Positions 33,328-43,017 of a DNA stretch of 64,000 nucleotides are shown piece by piece. A program made the translations under genes and the position numbers. The notes under the pieces were generated by a model, which had not been told where the DNA came from, made no database searches, and worked only from the letters and a program-made list of their open reading frames with translations. Source of the DNA: an uncultured Phycisphaerales bacterium (GTDB lineage: Bacteria > Planctomycetota > Phycisphaerae > Tepidisphaerales > Tepidisphaeraceae); assembly GCA_963758525.1 (NCBI GenBank), contig CAVWVQ010000003.1:1504001-1568000 (forward strand), given 5' to 3'. The number at the start of each line of letters is the position of its first letter. The first letter of the stretch is position 1.

Positions 33328-33843
33328 CTACTTCTGGAGGGCAATGGCCATCTCAAGATGATGCTTCAGCGTCGGTAGCGTCTCCTCGGCGAAGCCTTTG
33401 ACGGCGGTCTGGGTCCCCTCGCCGGCTTCCTTCTCGAACGCGGCGACGTCTTTTTTGTGATCTTCGACCATCTGCGCGACATATGCCTTGTCGAACTCGG
33501 CCCCCTTGAGCTTCTCCAGACGGTCCAACACCTTTTGATCTTCGTCGCTTAGTTCCCTGGGAAATTCGATCCCCTTCCGGGAGGCGATTTCCTTCAGCTT
33601 GTCGTTGGCTTTTTTGTGATCGTCGACCATGTGCTCGCCGAACTTTTTCACCGCGTCGCTGGAGGCATTGGCAGATGCGTATTCGCCGAGCCTGACTTCG
33701 GCCATGCCGCCGCTGGCAGCCTCCTTGACGAACTGCTTGTCCTGGGCCGATGGAGCATCGGCTTGCGCAAAGGCAGTTGCAGCTGGTCCGGTGATTGCCG
33801 TGACGCAGACGATCGCCAACGATTTCAACATGGTGTTGCTCAT
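33328..33843 (-). CDS. Secreted DUF4142 (ferritin-like) protein
   Basis: Signal peptide; 'DKQFVKEAASGGMAEV...FGEHMVDDH...FDKAYVAQMVEDH...LPTLKHHL'. Start overlaps the larB stop (ATGA). Confidence 0.9.
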   Translation of the reverse strand: MSNTMLKSLAIVCVTAITGPAATAFAQADAPSAQDKQFVKEAASGGMAEVRLGEYASANASSDAVKKFGEHMVDDHKKANDKLKEIASRKGIEFPRELSDEDQKVLDRLEKLKGAEFDKAYVAQMVEDHKKDVAAFEKEAGEGTQTAVKGFAEETLPTLKHHLEMAIALQK

Positions 33844-34625
33844 TTCGACCTGTGGCTCTGTAAGTCATGTCCGGAAGTTGCGTTGAGGATCGAAGCCGCG
33901 AGGCAGGCGGCGCCAAAGCCGTTGTCGATGTTGACCACTCCGACTCCCGGCGCGCAGCCGCTGAGCATTCCCAGGAGAGCGGCCACCCCGCCGAAGCCCG
34001 CGCCGTATCCGACGGAAGTCGGCACTGCGATGACCGGCGCCGAGATCAGACCGGCCACCACGCTTGGCAGCGCGCCTTCCATTCCCGCGATGACAATCAC
34101 AGCCCTGGCCCGGCGCAACATCGGCAACTGCGCCAGAAGCCGGTGAATTCCCGCGACGCCGACATCGTGAATCTGCGGAGCGGAAAATCCGATCATCTCC
34201 AATGTGACGGCCGCCTCCGCGGCGACGGGGATGTCGCTGGTTCCGGCGGTCATAATCAACGCCCCTTCCCGCAGGGTCGCGACCAGCGCGCGTTCGAGAA
34301 AAATACACCTTGCGACAGGATGGTATTTGCAATCGGGGACCAGACGTTGCGTCGCCGTGAACTGTTCCTGGTCGGCCCGGGTTCCCAGGACACGATCGGT
34401 TTTCGCGGCCATGCATTCGAAGATGGCGGCCACCTGCTCGGGGGTTTTGCCGGCGCAGTAGATTGCCTCGGGAATACCCCGCCGAAACGCGCGGTGATGG
34501 TCCACCTTGGCGAAGCCATCCACCGCCTCGAACGGGAGAGTTCGCAGGGCGGCAACGCCCTGATCGATGCTGCAGCGAGCGGAAGCCACCTCCTCCAGAA
34601 GCTGTCGTACTGCGGATTCGTCCAT
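33840..34625 (-). CDS. larB: Nickel-pincer cofactor biosynthesis protein LarB (NaAD carboxylase/hydrolase)
   Basis: 'DHHR..RRGIPEAIY..GKT', 'AGTSDIPVA.EA', 'DVGVAGIHRL', 'AGMEGALPSVV', 'VPTSVGYG', 'VVNIDNGFGAA'. Confidence 0.95.
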   Translation of the reverse strand: MDESAVRQLLEEVASARCSIDQGVAALRTLPFEAVDGFAKVDHHRAFRRGIPEAIYCAGKTPEQVAAIFECMAAKTDRVLGTRADQEQFTATQRLVPDCKYHPVARCIFLERALVATLREGALIMTAGTSDIPVAAEAAVTLEMIGFSAPQIHDVGVAGIHRLLAQLPMLRRARAVIVIAGMEGALPSVVAGLISAPVIAVPTSVGYGAGFGGVAALLGMLSGCAPGVGVVNIDNGFGAACLAASILNATSGHDLQSHRSK

Positions 34626-34639
34626 GGGAACTCGATCGT

Positions 34640-35725
34640 TCAGAGAGGGAGTTCCTCCGACGGCGGATAGCTGTGCTGCTTTCGGCCCACCGCTCCGTCA
34701 AATTTCTTGGTCGATTTGTACAGTTCAAAATGCCCGTCGCCCGCGGCGGGAGCGCAGCGCTGCCGCAACTGGTCCATCTCTTGTTCCGCGTACGGCTGAA
34801 ATCCCCGCGCCACCGCAAGATTTTGATGCAGCACATCGAGCGAATCGATTCCGCTGATGGTGACCGACACCGGGAGGCTCATCGCGTAGCGCAACGCCTC
34901 CTGCACCGTGATGGGCATATCAATCACCGGCTGCCCACCGCCGCAAAGGCTTTTCATTCCGAACACGGCCATCCCCCGGCCGGTCGCTTCGGGGAGCACC
35001 ATCCGCTCGAAGCTCCGGTAGCTCGCGTCGAAGCAGTTCAGAGGCATTTGGATGCTGTCGAAGGGATAGCCATGGGAAAGCATCTTCAGATGAATGCGAG
35101 GATCCTTGTGGCCGGTGAATCCGACGAACCGCGCTTTGCCGGCTTTTTTGGCTTCATCGAGCGCCTCCACGACGCCCCCCTTGGCGAAGTGCCAGTCAGG
35201 ATCGTTGAAATAGACGCATTCGTGAATCTGCCAGAAGTCCAGGTGATCGGTCTTCAGCCGGCGCAGCGAATCCTCGAGTTGCTGCATCGCGACTTTTTTG
35301 TCGCGCCCGTGCGTGCAGACCTTGGTCATGAGGATCACTTTGTCGCGCAGCCCCGCGAGGCATTCGCCCATCCATTCCTCGCTGCGGCCCTCGTGATATT
35401 CCCAGGCGTTGTCGAAGAAAGTAACGCCGGCGTCGACCGCCTCCCGGACGATCTGCCTGGCCTCATTCAGATCGCGCACATCAGCAAGGCTGTAGCCGCC
35501 CAAGCCGATGGCTGAAACCTGCAGGCCGGTGCGGCCCAGCGTCTTCCGCGGAATCGCCTGGGAGCTGCCGGCGCTCTGGTCCGAGCCTGAAGCGGATGGC
35601 GCGGCAAGCGCGGCGCCCGACAACAACGCTCCAGAAGCGAGAGTTGCCGCGGCGTGGCCCAGGAATTCCCGCCGGGCGGGATGGGGAGCGGACGGAGGTT
35701 GTGGATGTATTTGAGCGGTAGTCAT
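34640..35725 (-). CDS. Aldo/keto reductase-fold protein with Tat signal
   Basis: 'ARREFL' followed by a hydrophobic signal; 'IGLGG', 'FFDNAWEY', 'MTKV', 'SLRRLKTDHLD.WQIH', 'GKARFVGFTGH'. Confidence 0.9.
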   Translation of the reverse strand: MTTAQIHPQPPSAPHPARREFLGHAAATLASGALLSGAALAAPSASGSDQSAGSSQAIPRKTLGRTGLQVSAIGLGGYSLADVRDLNEARQIVREAVDAGVTFFDNAWEYHEGRSEEWMGECLAGLRDKVILMTKVCTHGRDKKVAMQQLEDSLRRLKTDHLDFWQIHECVYFNDPDWHFAKGGVVEALDEAKKAGKARFVGFTGHKDPRIHLKMLSHGYPFDSIQMPLNCFDASYRSFERMVLPEATGRGMAVFGMKSLCGGGQPVIDMPITVQEALRYAMSLPVSVTISGIDSLDVLHQNLAVARGFQPYAEQEMDQLRQRCAPAAGDGHFELYKSTKKFDGAVGRKQHSYPPSEELPL

Positions 35726-35752
35726 GGATCTGTGCGTTTGTGGAAAGAGAAC

Positions 35753-36900
35753 TCATTGCGGGGATGCCGTCAGGTTGCCCTCGAACATGTCTTTGACCTC
35801 CTTCTGCTGCTGGTCGAGCGCGAAATGATGGACCAGCCGGGCCTGCGGATTGTCATAGGCAAGCGAGACTTTATAGAGTTCAAAACGACCGTCGCCGGCC
35901 AATAGGGCGCACTTGCTTCGCAGTGAGTCCATCTCTTGCGACGAGAGGGGTTGAAAGTTCTGAGCGAGCTGCAGATTCTGGCGGAGGATTTCGGGCGAAT
36001 CGATGCCCGCAATGGTGGTGGCCACGGGAAGACTCATCGCGTAGCGCAGCATTTCCTCCGCCTGGATCACGCCGGTTGTGACTGCCTTGGCATTTCCGTT
36101 CATCGGCTTCATTCCCAACGGCGCGATTCCGCGCCGAGTCAGCTCCGGCAAGACGATCTGTTCAAAACTCTGGAAGTTCGCGTCAAACGGATTGAGCGGC
36201 ATCTGAACGGCGTCAAACGGGTAGCCCATCTGCACCATCCGCAGATGAATCGCGGGGTCCTTATGACCGGTGAATCCGACGAAGCGGACTTTTCCCTGCT
36301 TCTTTGCCAGGTCGAGTGCTTCCAGCACGCCGCCTTTGGCGTACGCCAGGTCGGGATCATTGTCGAACGTCACGCCATGCACTTGCCACAGGTCAAGATG
36401 ATCGGTCTGCAGCCGGCGGAGAGACTGCTCCAGCATTTCCATCGCCAGTTCCGCGCCGCGGCCGTGCGTGCAGACTTTGGTCATCAGAAAAACATTGTCG
36501 CGCAGACCGGCCAGCACCGGCCCATCCAATTTTCGCTTTTGCCGTTGTGGTATTCCCAGCAGTTGTCGAAAAAAGTGATGCCACCTTCCACGGCCTCATG
36601 CACGAGGCTGATGGCGTCTTCCACAGTTGGAAGGTCACCGAGGTGATGCCCGCCCAGTCCAAGCGCCGACACTTTCACGTCCGCTGCCCGGCCGAAGGGC
36701 CGGAGCGGAATCGCGCCCGCACGATTGATCGCCCCTGCCCCGCCGGCTTGAGCAGCCACCGCGCGCGATCCGCTCGCCAGACCTAAACCCGCGATTCCCG
36801 CGGCTTTGAGGAAATGACGGCGATGCAACATCGCTCCGTTTTCTACGTCGACGGCTTCTGGGGCGACGTCGCTCATCCGATCCTTCGATTCATCACTCAT
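35753..36900 (-). CDS. Second aldo/keto reductase-fold protein with Tat signal (frameshift near 36519)
   Basis: 'HRRHFLK' signal; 'FFDNCWEYHNGKSENWMGR' continues in another frame as 'VLAGLRDNVFLMTKV'. Restoring one G joins them. Confidence 0.88.
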
Positions 36901-37047
36901 GGCTGATCCTCACGGGACGCGGGCGAAACTAACACTGCCCAACATGTGCGCCTACCGACAAAAAACCTGAGTTGCATGAAAAATTCTGCCGCTCCGTAAG
37001 CAAGCACGGGTTCGTACGATTCGTCATCGGAAAAGGTCCATCAAACT

Positions 37048-37887
37048 ATGACATCCGCGACGAACTCGACATGGCCGCAACGACTTAATTCCTCAGCCGA
37101 CCATACTGATCTGCAGCGCCTGCGTTCCTGGCTGCGATCCATTACATCGGCGTTGATCGCGTATTCCGGGGGAGTCGACAGCGCTTTGGTGATGGCAGTT
37201 GCGCATGAGCAACTCGGCGAACGGGCCCTGGCCTGTATCGGAGTATCGCCCAGCTACCCGCAGCGCGAGCTGAAGAACGCGGTTGGTTTGGCAGAGCGCC
37301 TGGGCGTACGGTACCGGCTGGTTCAAACACAAGAGCATTTGAATCCCAGCTATACGGCGAATCCCGGCAATCGCTGTTACTTCTGCAAAAGCGAGCTGTA
37401 CGCCTGTTTGCAAAAGATTGCGGCAGAAGAGTCCGCCGAGGCGATCCTCGACGGCACCAACGCGTCGGACCTGGGCGATCATCGGCCGGGTTATGCGGCG
37501 GCGAAGGAACGCGGCGTCCGCTCCCCGCTGGCGGAGCTTGGATTCAGCAAGCAGGACGTGCGGAACGTTGCCCGCGAATCGGGGCTGCCGGTCTGGGACA
37601 AGCCGGCATCTCCCTGTCTGGCGTCGCGCGTGCCGACGGGCATTGCGGTGGTGCCGGAGCTGCTGCGGCGGATCGAAGCCTCGGAGGATGTGCTGGTCCG
37701 TCTTGGCTTCAGGGATTTTCGCGTGCGTCATCATGGCGATGTCGCTCGTGTGGAGCTGCCGGTCGACGCCATGCACAGAGCGCTCGACATGCGGGCTGAT
37801 ATTGTCGAGGGAATTCGCGCCGCCGGCTATCGCTTCGTCTGTCTCGATTTGGGGGGATTCAAAAGCGGATCGTTGAATGCCACGTAA
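37048..37887 (+). CDS. larE: LarE sulfur insertase for the NPN cofactor
   Basis: PP-loop 'AYSGGVDS', 'NRCYFCK', 'DGTNASD..DHRPG', 'WDKPASPCLASR', 'RVRHHG', 'DLGGFKSGSLN'. Confidence 0.95.
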   Translation: MTSATNSTWPQRLNSSADHTDLQRLRSWLRSITSALIAYSGGVDSALVMAVAHEQLGERALACIGVSPSYPQRELKNAVGLAERLGVRYRLVQTQEHLNPSYTANPGNRCYFCKSELYACLQKIAAEESAEAILDGTNASDLGDHRPGYAAAKERGVRSPLAELGFSKQDVRNVARESGLPVWDKPASPCLASRVPTGIAVVPELLRRIEASEDVLVRLGFRDFRVRHHGDVARVELPVDAMHRALDMRADIVEGIRAAGYRFVCLDLGGFKSGSLNAT

Positions 37888-37916
37888 TTGCCCAAGCTTC
37901 TCCCTGAGTGCGACTC

Positions 37917-39135
37917 ATGATTGCTTATCTCGATCTTCCATCGGGCCTCTCCGGCGACATGCTACTCGGCTGCCTGATTGATTGCGGCTGGAGCGTCGAA
38001 CGACTTCGGAACACCATCGATTCTCTGTCTTTGTCAGCCGAAGAATGGGCCGTTGCTGTGCAGACCGTGGTGAAAGGGTCGCTCCGCGCCATGCGCGTGG
38101 ATGTCCTGGTGGACGAAGGGCGACATCAGCGGCGGCTGGCGGACATTGCCGGAATCATTGGGGCGTCGACGTTGCCGCCGTCGATTTGCGAACGGGCCAT
38201 CGCCGTGTTCACCCGGCTGGCCAACGCCGAAGCGAGAGTGCATGGCGTATCGCCCGAGCAGATTCATTTTCATGAAGTCGGCGCGATGGATGCGATCGTC
38301 GACATCGTGGCTTCCATTGCCGGGCTGCAGGACCTCGGCATCGAGAAGCTGTATGCGTCGCCGGTGCCATTGGGGCCGGGCTGGACCAACTCCGCGCACG
38401 GCCAACTTCCCCTGCCGGCGCCCGCGACGCTCGAGCTTCTCGCCGCCGCCAACGCGCCGACCCGGCCCGCGCCCGGTCCGGGCGAACTGCTGACGCCCAC
38501 CGCTGCCGCGCTGCTTGCCGAGCTGGCGACGTTTGAGCAGCCGGCCTTTACCCTTTCGCGCGTTGGCGTCGGCGCCGGGCAGCGGGACTTTGCCTGGCCG
38601 AATATTGCCCGCATGTGGCTTGGGCACGGCGAACGATCTCACCCGCTGGTGCAATTGGAAACCAATATCGACGACATGAATCCACAGATCTACGCCGCCG
38701 TGAGCGACAGGCTTTTTGCCGCCGGCGCGGGATGTCTGGCTCACGCCGGTGCAGATGAAAAAAGGGCGTCCGGGTGTGGTCCTGAGCGTGCTGGGCAGCG
38801 CCGACGATGAACAGATGTTGGCGGACATTCTTCTTCGGCAGACGACGACGCTTGGCGTTCGCGTCCAATCCATCCCGCATCGGCACACTGCCCGGCGCGA
38901 AATTCGCGAGGTCACTACGCCGTTCGGTGAACTGCATGTGAAGGTGAAGTGGATCGGCGACGAGCCAATCGGCGTTTCGCCGGAATACGAAGATTGCCGG
39001 CTTGCGGCGGATCGACACGGGGCTTCGATTCTCGAGGTTCAACAGTGCGCGATCGCGGTGGGACACGCGCTCCTTGCTAAGCTGCGCAAGGATTTTGCTA
39101 CTGAACTGTGTAGCGAGCGTTCCAGATCCGCGTAA
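37917..39135 (+). CDS. larC: LarC nickel insertase (frameshift near 38728)
   Basis: 'SGLSGDMLLG', 'AEARVHG...IHFHEVGAMDAIVD', 'PAPATLELL', 'GELLTPT', 'ETNIDDMNP'; second frame 'DVWLTPVQMKKGRPG...TTTLGVR...PEYEDC'. Confidence 0.93.
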
Positions 39136-39217
39136 CCGATCGCCAAGGTCCGATCGACGGGGGACAATGGATCGCGGGCGGATGGTCCGGATCTCTTCAC
39201 ACCACATGGTGATGATT

Positions 39218-39493
39218 TCACATTCCCGACAACCGCCCATGACCGTTCGTCGCATTTTCGGTCCGCGGAGGCAGCCGCTCGGTGGTTCTGCCGTAGGTGA
39301 TGTTATTCGGCGCGCGCACGAAACGGTTCGGCACGCACCACGTTTGCCCCGTTTCATCCATATCGATGATCCAAACGATGTCGTCGTCACGATGGCCTGG
39401 TTCCACCAGATTTGCGACACCTTTTCCGGTCGGCCCGCGCCAGCCTGCCCCGCCCACGACAATCCGCGCAAGCGGAGGGTTTAATTGAAGCAT
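39218..39493 (-). CDS. Small hypothetical protein
   Basis: 'MLQLNPPL...GKGVA...DIVWIIDMDETGQTWCVPNRFVRAPNNITYGR' has protein-like composition and resembles a small family I associate with phages and proteobacteria (recollection, unverified). Confidence 0.6.
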   Translation of the reverse strand: MLQLNPPLARIVVGGAGWRGPTGKGVANLVEPGHRDDDIVWIIDMDETGQTWCVPNRFVRAPNNITYGRTTERLPPRTENATNGHGRLSGM

Positions 39494-39570
39494 GCTCAAC
39501 AGACATCAAACGAAATGCCAGCGAAGAGGCAAACACAGTTGAGCTCGCCTAATCTTGAGAACGCTCGCGT

Positions 39571-42500
39571 TTATTCGGCGATCAAGAGGGCGACCGGGCA
39601 GTCCTTAAACAAATTCGCGGCAAGCAGGACTTGTTCTGACCACTGTACGGGAGCGTTTGTCAGGGCATTGCGAAAGGCGCGGCGCATCGCGATTGCCGGC
39701 AGTTCGAGAAATGTGTCGCCCCACGGACTTTCCGCGCCCGATTTGTCCGACGTGCCGCCCAGACCGGAAACCAGCCGCGGTACCGCGATGATGGCGACGC
39801 GTTCTCCGTCAGAGCGGGCGAAGGCGAAGAGATGCGCGGACATGGTTCCGCTTACCTGAAGAGGTAGATACTCACCGACGGTGAAGAGATTGCCGTATTG
39901 CTTGCGAAGCTCCAGAGCGGTCCGGTGAACGTGCAGTTTCAGCCGGCCAGGATCCGATTGGGCTAAATGTTTGACGTCAGGCGGCTCGGCCTGCGAATGG
40001 TACAGCTCTTTGACGACGCGCTGCCGGCGGGCGAAGTCCACCGGCCGGCGGTTGTCAGGATCCACCAGGCTGAAATCCAGAAGCTCGTTGCCCTGATACG
40101 TGTCAGGGACGCCTGGCGCCGTGAGCTTGATGAGCGTCTGCGACAGAGAATTGATGACTCCGTTTTCGCTGACCGTTTTCTGAAAGCTCCGGAAATCCGC
40201 GAGGAACTCGCCCGACCGGGATTCATCCAGAATCGTTTCAATGAAGCTGTTCACCGCCGCTTCGCGTTTGAGATTTGGATCGATCCAGCTCGTGAAGACT
40301 TTGGCCTCACGCATTGATTTCAGCATGCAGGCCTGGACTCGCTCTTTAAAGGATCCGAGTTCCCGCGAATCGGCCGGCCATGCGCCCAGCAGCGTTTGAT
40401 AGAGCGCATATTCTTCGTTGCGATCGGGCACTTGGACGCCTTCGAGCGTGGCGCGGTGCCGGGCATTGAGGCCCCCCCACCGCCGCAGGCGGCTGTGCCA
40501 TTCCTCGGGCATTTCCGACAGCACGTTCAGGCGCGCGCGAACGTCTTCGCTGCGTTTGGTGTCGTGCGTGGAGAGCGTCGACATGGAATGCGGCCAGCGG
40601 TGCTGGCGTTCCGTGAAGAATTCGTGCAGTTGCTGCGGAGAGACGCCAAACCGCGACGGTTCGCCACCCACTTCGTTGAGCGACAACAGGCGGTTGTAAA
40701 CGTAGAAGGCGGTATCTTCGACGCCTTTTGCCATCACCGGGGAAGTGAGCTGCTGGAACTTCCCGGCAAAATGCCGGGCGTGTTTCAACCGGTCGTCACT
40801 CACGTTTTCGCCCGGCTGAAGCAGCAGCGTGTCGCGGATAAAATGGAAGACCGCTGGCGCGGTTTTTGGGTTGCGTGCAACGGCGCTGGCGGTGGCTTGC
40901 TCGATATATCGAATGTCAGCGGCCGATGCCCCGCGATCATCGATGTACGAACGATAGACCGGGAAACAGGCAACCACCTCCTTCAGGGCGGCAGACAATC
41001 CGTGGAAAGAGAAATCGATCCCGTAGCGGCTTCGCTCGGCAATTCGCTTCAATTCCGCGGCCAGCATGTTGACTTCACTGGCCAGGCTGATTTCCAGAAT
41101 CAGCTTCTTTTTTTCATACACCAGATCGGCGCAGGCGGCGTCGATGCCGGTCCACTCGCGATAGAGCTGATCGAATGCGCCGGCAGAGTCGGCATCCACG
41201 AACAGCCCGTTGGTCATGTTCAGGAAGTCATATCCGCTGGTGCCATGGATCGGCCAGGTATCCGGGATCGATTCATCGAGAGCGAGGATCTTTTCCGCCA
41301 GGATATAAAGGTCTGGCGTGTTGTCGGCGTCGAGAAAGGAAGCACTCTTTTCTTCTGCCATGGTACTCGGTGGGAGGGCTCGGGTGGGGGCTGAGGTTGG
41401 AAGCGGCGTGCCAGTCCGAACCCGGCCCCCACCTCGATCCTCCCCCGGAATACCAGGGGAGGAGGGAAGAGGCGGCGCTTCTTCGGTGTGGCTCGATTCA
41501 CCGACGAGCAGATTGATCCGATCGAGCAGAAGCGGCTCTAGCTCGTTCCATTGGGAATCGAGCAGACGCGGCACGTTAGGGGAATCGTCTTGTCCCCTCC
41601 CCTGGTACTCCGGGGGAGGGTTAGGGTAGGGGCGAGTCGCGATTGCAGAATGCGCGTCCGGCGCTAGTCCGCCATCCAACGCGACGCTGCCCTCATCCCT
41701 GCCCTCCCCTCTTCGAGCCTGAGCCTCAGAGCGGAAGGCCGCAGTACCTGCGGCGGGAGAAAGCGGTATCGAGGCCGCCGCGATCTCTCTGGCGACTGCC
41801 AGCAGGTAATGCGTCTGCAGACGCCGGAAGTAGGTGCGCGGATCGTACAGCCCGTCGGGGTGATCGATCCGCAGGCCGGCGATGTGATGTTTCGCGAGCA
41901 GGCCGAGAATAAAACCATGTGTCGCCTCAAACACTTCCAGTCGTTCCATGGCCAGGGCGGCCAGGTCGTTCACGTCAAAGAAGCGGCGGTAGTTGATTTC
42001 GTCCGGCGCGGTTTTCCACGAGGCAAGGCGGAAACACTGATGTCGAAGCAGATCATCCAGCTGGTCGAAGCTTCGCGGCACGCCGGGAGTGCCGTTGAAT
42101 GCGTCCACGTTCTTCGCCATGAAACTTCGAATCGCCTCGTTTTCGGCTGTCAGCTTTGAGAGCCGGCGCTTGAGTTCTTCTTTGGCTCGGTGGCGCTCGA
42201 CCGCGCCCGCGGAACCCTCGCAGCGATCGGGAAGCTGCTCACAGGCATGAACAATTGAACGGAATTCCGCGAGCGCGGATTCGCTCACATTGATGGAACC
42301 GACGTCACCTCCAAGGATCCTCGGCCATGTGCGCGGGGAGAGCGGAAACCGGCGATCGTGATACGCGGCCACAAACGCGGCGTTGTCGAAGAGAAGACGC
42401 AGGTTCCCCTGTTCCAACTCGTCGCCATAGGTCGACCCAAGCGTCGCGAGAAGAACTCTTCCCTTCAGATCGGTTTGCGGCGAGCCTTCCCAATTGATAT

Positions 42501-42924
42501 CGAAATATTTCGCGTAGATGGATGCTTGGCCGTTTTCGAGGACGTCGTTCCACCACACGTTTTCATTGGTCGCGATGCCGACATGGTTGGGGACCATGTC
42601 GACGATATGTCCGAGTCCGTGCTGGCTGAGCGCGGCCAGGAAAGCATGGTAATCGGCCGTCGTGCCCAGTTCTGGATTCAACTGGCAATGATCGATGACA
42701 TCGTATCCGTGGGTGCTTCCCGGTGCTGCCTTGAGATAAGGCGAAGCGTAGACGTGGGTAATTCCCAGCTTCGAAAGATATGGAATGATCGCGGTCGCAT
42801 CGGCGAATTTGAAGCCCGCGTGAAACTGGAGCCGGTAGGTTGATTCCGGAAGGACACGGGTGGATCGCGCTCGCTCGACCGCGGCGCGGAGCAGCTCATC
42901 AATGTTCTTTGGGTCTGGCATCAT
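39571..42924 (-). CDS. treY: Malto-oligosyltrehalose synthase with a large internal insertion
   Basis: 'STYRLQF', 'GSTHGYDV', 'DMVPNH', 'INYRRFFDVN', 'GLRIDHPDGL', 'AEKIL', 'STHDTKRSEDVRAR', 'PGVPDTYQG'. Confidence 0.95.
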   Translation of the reverse strand: MMPDPKNIDELLRAAVERARSTRVLPESTYRLQFHAGFKFADATAIIPYLSKLGITHVYASPYLKAAPGSTHGYDVIDHCQLNPELGTTADYHAFLAALSQHGLGHIVDMVPNHVGIATNENVWWNDVLENGQASIYAKYFDINWEGSPQTDLKGRVLLATLGSTYGDELEQGNLRLLFDNAAFVAAYHDRRFPLSPRTWPRILGGDVGSINVSESALAEFRSIVHACEQLPDRCEGSAGAVERHRAKEELKRRLSKLTAENEAIRSFMAKNVDAFNGTPGVPRSFDQLDDLLRHQCFRLASWKTAPDEINYRRFFDVNDLAALAMERLEVFEATHGFILGLLAKHHIAGLRIDHPDGLYDPRTYFRRLQTHYLLAVAREIAAASIPLSPAAGTAAFRSEAQARRGEGRDEGSVALDGGLAPDAHSAIATRPYPNPPPEYQGRGQDDSPNVPRLLDSQWNELEPLLLDRINLLVGESSHTEEAPPLPSSPGIPGEDRGGGRVRTGTPLPTSAPTRALPPSTMAEEKSASFLDADNTPDLYILAEKILALDESIPDTWPIHGTSGYDFLNMTNGLFVDADSAGAFDQLYREWTGIDAACADLVYEKKKLILEISLASEVNMLAAELKRIAERSRYGIDFSFHGLSAALKEVVACFPVYRSYIDDRGASAADIRYIEQATASAVARNPKTAPAVFHFIRDTLLLQPGENVSDDRLKHARHFAGKFQQLTSPVMAKGVEDTAFYVYNRLLSLNEVGGEPSRFGVSPQQLHEFFTERQHRWPHSMSTLSTHDTKRSEDVRARLNVLSEMPEEWHSRLRRWGGLNARHRATLEGVQVPDRNEEYALYQTLLGAWPADSRELGSFKERVQACMLKSMREAKVFTSWIDPNLKREAAVNSFIETILDESRSGEFLADFRSFQKTVSENGVINSLSQTLIKLTAPGVPDTYQGNELLDFSLVDPDNRRPVDFARRQRVVKELYHSQAEPPDVKHLAQSDPGRLKLHVHRTALELRKQYGNLFTVGEYLPLQVSGTMSAHLFAFARSDGERVAIIAVPRLVSGLGGTSDKSGAESPWGDTFLELPAIAMRRAFRNALTNAPVQWSEQVLLAANLFKDCPVALLIAE
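41351..41766. repeat. Two pairs of CCCTCCCC..GGGGAGGG palindromic repeats inside treY
   Basis: Best copy is cccctcccctggtactccgggggagggttagggtagggg (41594-41632). Related arms lie at ~41351-41390, ~41426-41470 and ~41690-41763. Confidence 0.8.
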
Positions 42925-43017
42925 CTCTCGTCCCGTGAAATGTTCCGAGCGTTGCGGGCGGCATGTTCACCCTCGCCCGGTACTGCGCCGAAAATACGGA
43001 CGAGAGAAAAAGAATGG

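Noticed and set aside
38700..38810. Programmed ribosomal frameshift in larC, as known for L. plantarum larC1/C2
   Set aside because: The break lies inside a conserved motif (AGARDVW), is fixed by restoring a CG in a CG run, and matches the window-wide error pattern. Not fully excluded without reads.
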